Part shown: positions 29,197-32,000 of the stretch, in pieces
Position numbering within the stretch: the stretch's first letter is position 1
How the letters are laid out: every line of letters starts with the position of its first letter
Source of the DNA: Pseudarthrobacter sp. P1
Lineage (GTDB): Bacteria > Actinomycetota > Actinomycetes > Actinomycetales > Micrococcaceae
Assembly (NCBI RefSeq): GCF_050156935.1
Contig: NZ_CP189584.1
Location: 1,195,263 to 1,227,262, forward strand
Direction: 5' to 3'
DNA length: 32,000 nt
Position numbers and translations under genes: made by a program
Notes under the pieces: generated by a model
What the model saw: only the letters and a program-made list of their open reading frames with translations
Databases searched by the model: none
Told to the model about the DNA's origin: nothing

Positions 29197-29460
29197 TTGC
29201 TGTCCTTGGCTTGGGGGCCACGTCCCGCCTGTGCACTTTTTCTAGAACAGTGCCCGGCGCTGGTGGGATCAGGTAAGGGAATCGCAGTCCTCTCCGCACC
29301 CACCGCGCTGGGCGGCATGGCACACCCTTGCGGGTGCACACCTGATGCAGACGTCCTGCGGCAAATGTCAGGCCCACATGGGGGCACCCACACCCTTGGC
29401 TGATGGATCCGTGGATACGGACCTGCAAGGATCGCTGACACGCTACGTTCGGTAACTTGG
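29197..29460 (-). promoter_or_regulatory. Long structured 5' leader of metF-metE (unclassified cis-regulatory RNA candidate)
   Basis: About 260 nt lie between a candidate promoter and the metF ATG. On the minus strand the promoter reads TTGCGC, 18 nt, TAAAGT (plus-strand coordinates 29495-29490 and 29471-29466). The leader contains several helices and repeated motifs (see findings). Confidence 0.35.
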
Positions 29461-29690
29461 CATTGACTTTACCGACCCGTGCGGGAGACGCGCAAAAAGC
29501 ATTCCGAATTAAGACGCCGTTTTACGTGATGTGACATCCAGATATGCGGCCAGAGCGGCGGGCGAGGCCTCCGTGCCGAATTAGTGGACCGCCGGCGGAG
29601 GGCGGGGCGGCCGCATGGATCGGCAGCGTGCGCCGCCGACCGGGCCGGCAGCCTCTTCCGCGCCCTCCATGCCGGGTCTAGGCTGTGGCC

Positions 29691-29888
29691 ATGAATGAAC
29701 TACCTGCGGCATACAAGGCATACCTAGAGGGCAAGTCCGAGGACTTCGTGGACACCATCTCGCCCATCCTCAAGCAGTCCGCGGCCGACCAGCGCCACGG
29801 CGTGCGGGTGGTGGTGAACCCGCACGTGCTGCAGGCCCATCTGGACGACAGGGTTCCCTATGGGTCCATCGTCGAGGACATCGATTAA
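29691..29888 (+). CDS. Hypothetical small protein (65-67 aa)
   Basis: High GC3 and an intact frame (MNELPAAYKAYLEGKSEDFVDTISPILKQ...). The start is ATG 29691 or GTG 29685. No family was recognised. Confidence 0.5.
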   Translation: MNELPAAYKAYLEGKSEDFVDTISPILKQSAADQRHGVRVVVNPHVLQAHLDDRVPYGSIVEDID

Positions 29889-29919
29889 CCCGACGTCCAC
29901 GACGGCGGCGGGGCGCTAG

Positions 29920-31774
29920 CTAGGAGTGCGCTGAACAAGGGGCAATTCGGGCCGCGGGTTTCGCTTTCGCATCCTTTCCGGAGCCTTTAGCGGCCCGCTC
30001 GGGGTCTCCTTTCTGGGCGCCGGAAATCTGGTGCTTGGATTTCGCGGGGCTTGTACGTCCATCCGGGGCTCGCCGCGGCTTGGATTTGGGCGGGGACGGT
30101 GGCTGGGTCCCTTTCCGGGTCTTATCCCAGGGCCCAGGCCCCGGTTTCGCGGGTGAGGCCCATGTTCAGGAGTCGCCGGAGGTTCAGCGCGGCGGTGCGG
30201 ACCTGCAGCCAGGCGTTGTTCTTTTCCACGCCCCGGTATCTCAGGGCCCGGTTGCCTCCGGCGACCAGCCAGCCGATGGACCGTTCCACCAGGGGCCGGT
30301 AGGCCCGGTAGTCGTGCCGGAACCCGGGCTCGAGGGCGGCGGCCCGGTGGGCGCGCTGCCGTGCGTGGTGCTTGGTGATGACGACCTTGCGCCCGCCCTT
30401 GGCCGTGGTGCATTGCTCACGCAGCGGGCAGGCCTTGCAGGCGGTGCCGAAGTTCACGTTGCCTCTGGCGCTGATGGTTCGCACCTCACCTTTGGGGCAG
30501 GTGAGCGTGTTCTTGTCTTCGTCGTGGGTGAAGTCGTCCAGGTCGTAGCCGCCGGGCACTGCCGGGCGCAGCGGCCTGGGCTTGACCAGCCCCTGGTGCC
30601 CGGCCCCGTCGAGGTGTTCGAGCATGGCCCCGGAGCCGTAGGCCGAGTCCCCAAGCACCTGGTAATCCGTGCCATCGTCCTTCATGCTCGGGTCGCTGCC
30701 CAGCAGCTCGATCCCGGCTTCCGCGTCGCTGGAACCGGGGCCGGCGGCCCGGGTCATCACGGCGCTGGTGTAGAGCCCGGTTTCCGGTTCGGCAATGATG
30801 TGTCCCTTGAACCCGTCCATCATCACCGAGCGGGACTTGTGCGCGTGCCTGGCCTCGGGATCCACGATGGAGACCATCCGGTCCCGGGCGACCTTCCGGG
30901 CGATCCGCCACCGCCCGTCGGTGCCGTCGGAACCCTCGGCCGGCTCCACGTCCTGGCCCGAAACCAACGCCAGCAGCACGTAGGCCTGCGCCTGCGGCGA
31001 GTCTTCTTCCAGGGTGTCGGGATCCACCGCGCCAAGCAGGGCCAGGGCGTCGGTGACCAGCCCCGAGACCAGGGCGTCCTTCGCTTCCTTGTCGTCCCAG
31101 GCGATGTCCGGCTTGCCCACGTGCGAGTAATCGTAGGAGGTGGCATGGACCGCCATGAGCGTGGCCCCGTGCTCCATGGCCCTGCCGAAACGGCGGATCA
31201 CGGCAATCAGCTGGGTGATGGTGTCCTGCCGGGCCACCGCATCGGCGAACACGGTCGAATCCACCGCCCGGCGGTGCCGGCCGGTGAGGACACCGGTCGC
31301 GGTGATGACCTGGGCGACGGCTTCGGTGATGCGGTGCGGGTTGCTGCTCTCGCGCAGGCGGTTGCGCCAATGCACCAGCGCCGTGGGATGGAACGCGGTC
31401 TCGGTCAGCCCGTACCCGCAGGCGGCCTTCCACCGCAGGTCAAAGGTCAAGGCTTCGGCCGTGGCCCGGTCCGACAAACCCTCCAGGGCCTGCAGGACCA
31501 GGACGGTGCCGATGACGCCGGCCGGGATCGAGGGCCTGCCCCGCTTGGAGGGAAACAGGTCCTCCATCATCGAGTCCGGGAAAAGCTCCGAGCGGTGCCC
31601 GGCCAGAAACGCGTAGGCACTGCCCGGGGCCAACAGCTCCCCGGCCAGTGCCTCCACATCCAAATACCCGCGCTGGGCCTCTTCAATTCCTTGCATGCAT
31701 CCAGTCTTAAGGACCAGGACCCGAAGTCCAGCAGGCGCGCCTTAAACCATCCAAATTGTTCAGCAGTGTCCTAG
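29920..31774 (-). mobile_element. IS1182-family (IS5-like) insertion sequence, apparently intact
   Basis: A single 524-aa DDE transposase lies between imperfect terminal inverted repeats. The left end is CTAGGAGTGCGCTGAACAA (29920-29938). The right end reverse-complements to CTAGGACACTGCTGAACAA (31774-31756), 15/19 identical. CTAG occurs at both junctions. Confidence 0.8.
30122..31696 (-). CDS. IS1182/IS5-like DDE transposase
   Basis: An N-terminal InsH-like region (MMEDLFPSKRGRPSIPAGVIGTVLVLQ...LRWKAACG). Candidate DDE residues are in AVDSTVF, VLGDSAYGS and YRPLVERSIGWL. CKACPLREQC is typical of IS1182 transposases as I recall them. Confidence 0.88.
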   Translation of the reverse strand: MQGIEEAQRGYLDVEALAGELLAPGSAYAFLAGHRSELFPDSMMEDLFPSKRGRPSIPAGVIGTVLVLQALEGLSDRATAEALTFDLRWKAACGYGLTETAFHPTALVHWRNRLRESSNPHRITEAVAQVITATGVLTGRHRRAVDSTVFADAVARQDTITQLIAVIRRFGRAMEHGATLMAVHATSYDYSHVGKPDIAWDDKEAKDALVSGLVTDALALLGAVDPDTLEEDSPQAQAYVLLALVSGQDVEPAEGSDGTDGRWRIARKVARDRMVSIVDPEARHAHKSRSVMMDGFKGHIIAEPETGLYTSAVMTRAAGPGSSDAEAGIELLGSDPSMKDDGTDYQVLGDSAYGSGAMLEHLDGAGHQGLVKPRPLRPAVPGGYDLDDFTHDEDKNTLTCPKGEVRTISARGNVNFGTACKACPLREQCTTAKGGRKVVITKHHARQRAHRAAALEPGFRHDYRAYRPLVERSIGWLVAGGNRALRYRGVEKNNAWLQVRTAALNLRRLLNMGLTRETGAWALG

Positions 31775-32000
31775 GGCGCCAGCAGCAGCTTGGCCGCGTG
31801 CGGGCTCAGTGTCCCCTCCAGGACCAGGGCCGCGGCCCCAATGGCACCGCCGTCGTGCCCGGAACTGGCGCCCGTCACGGCAATGGCGTGGACATCAGTG
31901 GTGACCGACAGGGACTGAAGCAAAGGCGGCACGATGCGCAGGTACGTCGATTCCAGATACGGCCAGAACGGGCCGCCAAACACCACGCGCTCCACATCCA
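31771..32000 (-). CDS. ROK-family protein (kinase or repressor), C-terminal part only
   Basis: The frame runs off the window at 32000. The tail ...ERVVFGGPF...SSGHDGGAIGAAALVLE... resembles ROK C-termini. The stop TAG (31773-31771) lies within the CTAG at the IS junction. Confidence 0.5.
   Translation of the reverse strand, partial: DVERVVFGGPFWPYLESTYLRIVPPLLQSLSVTTDVHAIAVTGASSGHDGGAIGAAALVLEGTLSPHAAKLLLAP

Noticed and set aside
29178-29441. 87-aa minus-strand ORF spanning the metF leader and overlapping the metF start.
   Set aside because: It has no RBS, a poor composition and an out-of-frame overlap with metF. The region is better explained as untranslated leader RNA.
29197-29460. Cobalamin or SAM-I/IV riboswitch upstream of metF-metE.
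   Set aside because: On the transcribed (minus) strand there is no GGGAA, GCCACUG or B12 box, and no GGCAACC core. The AGGGAAUC-like segment is on the wrong strand. The region is kept only as an unclassified leader.

Overview
High-GC actinobacterial chromosomal segment; the Micrococcales/Arthrobacter-like assignment is inferred from protein sequences only. No rRNA, tRNA or CRISPR array was seen. Content in order:

1. 1-5150: housekeeping genes. These are a partial DedA-like membrane protein, guanine deaminase, malic enzyme, an AMP-binding acyl-CoA synthetase broken by a frameshift near 4181, and a small membrane-anchored protein.
2. 5176-14329: an 11-gene, translationally coupled group 1h/5 (Hhy-type, Tat-less, predicted high-affinity) [NiFe]-hydrogenase operon. 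Order is hypA, hypB, hhyS, hhyL, a NifU/Rieske-like Fe-S protein, three unknown-function ORFs, a 39-aa single-TM micro-ORF, the maturation endopeptidase and hypC. No hypD/E/F lies in the window.
3. 14326-18250: a convergent uncharacterised gene whose stop shares a CTAG with the hypC stop, followed by a FecBCD-type ABC importer.
4. 18312-19372: a small hypothetical protein and a DUF1206-like membrane protein, ending at a strong bidirectional terminator.
5. 19457-24186 (minus strand): a class Ib ribonucleotide reductase operon nrdH-nrdI-nrdE-nrdF. A free-standing GIY-YIG/NUMOD3 homing-endonuclease gene with atypical A/T-rich codon usage sits exactly in the nrdE|nrdF junction.
6. 24746-29460: a LysR regulator, then a metF-metE operon (minus strand) behind a roughly 260-nt structured leader that I could not assign to a riboswitch class.
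7. 29920-31774: an apparently intact IS1182/IS5-like insertion sequence flanked by CTAG, sitting on the stop codon of a partial ROK-family gene.

The most interesting items are the nrd-embedded homing endonuclease and the block of uncharacterised genes co-translated with the Hhy hydrogenase. Many long ORFs in the supplied track are antisense shadow ORFs typical of high-GC DNA and were rejected.
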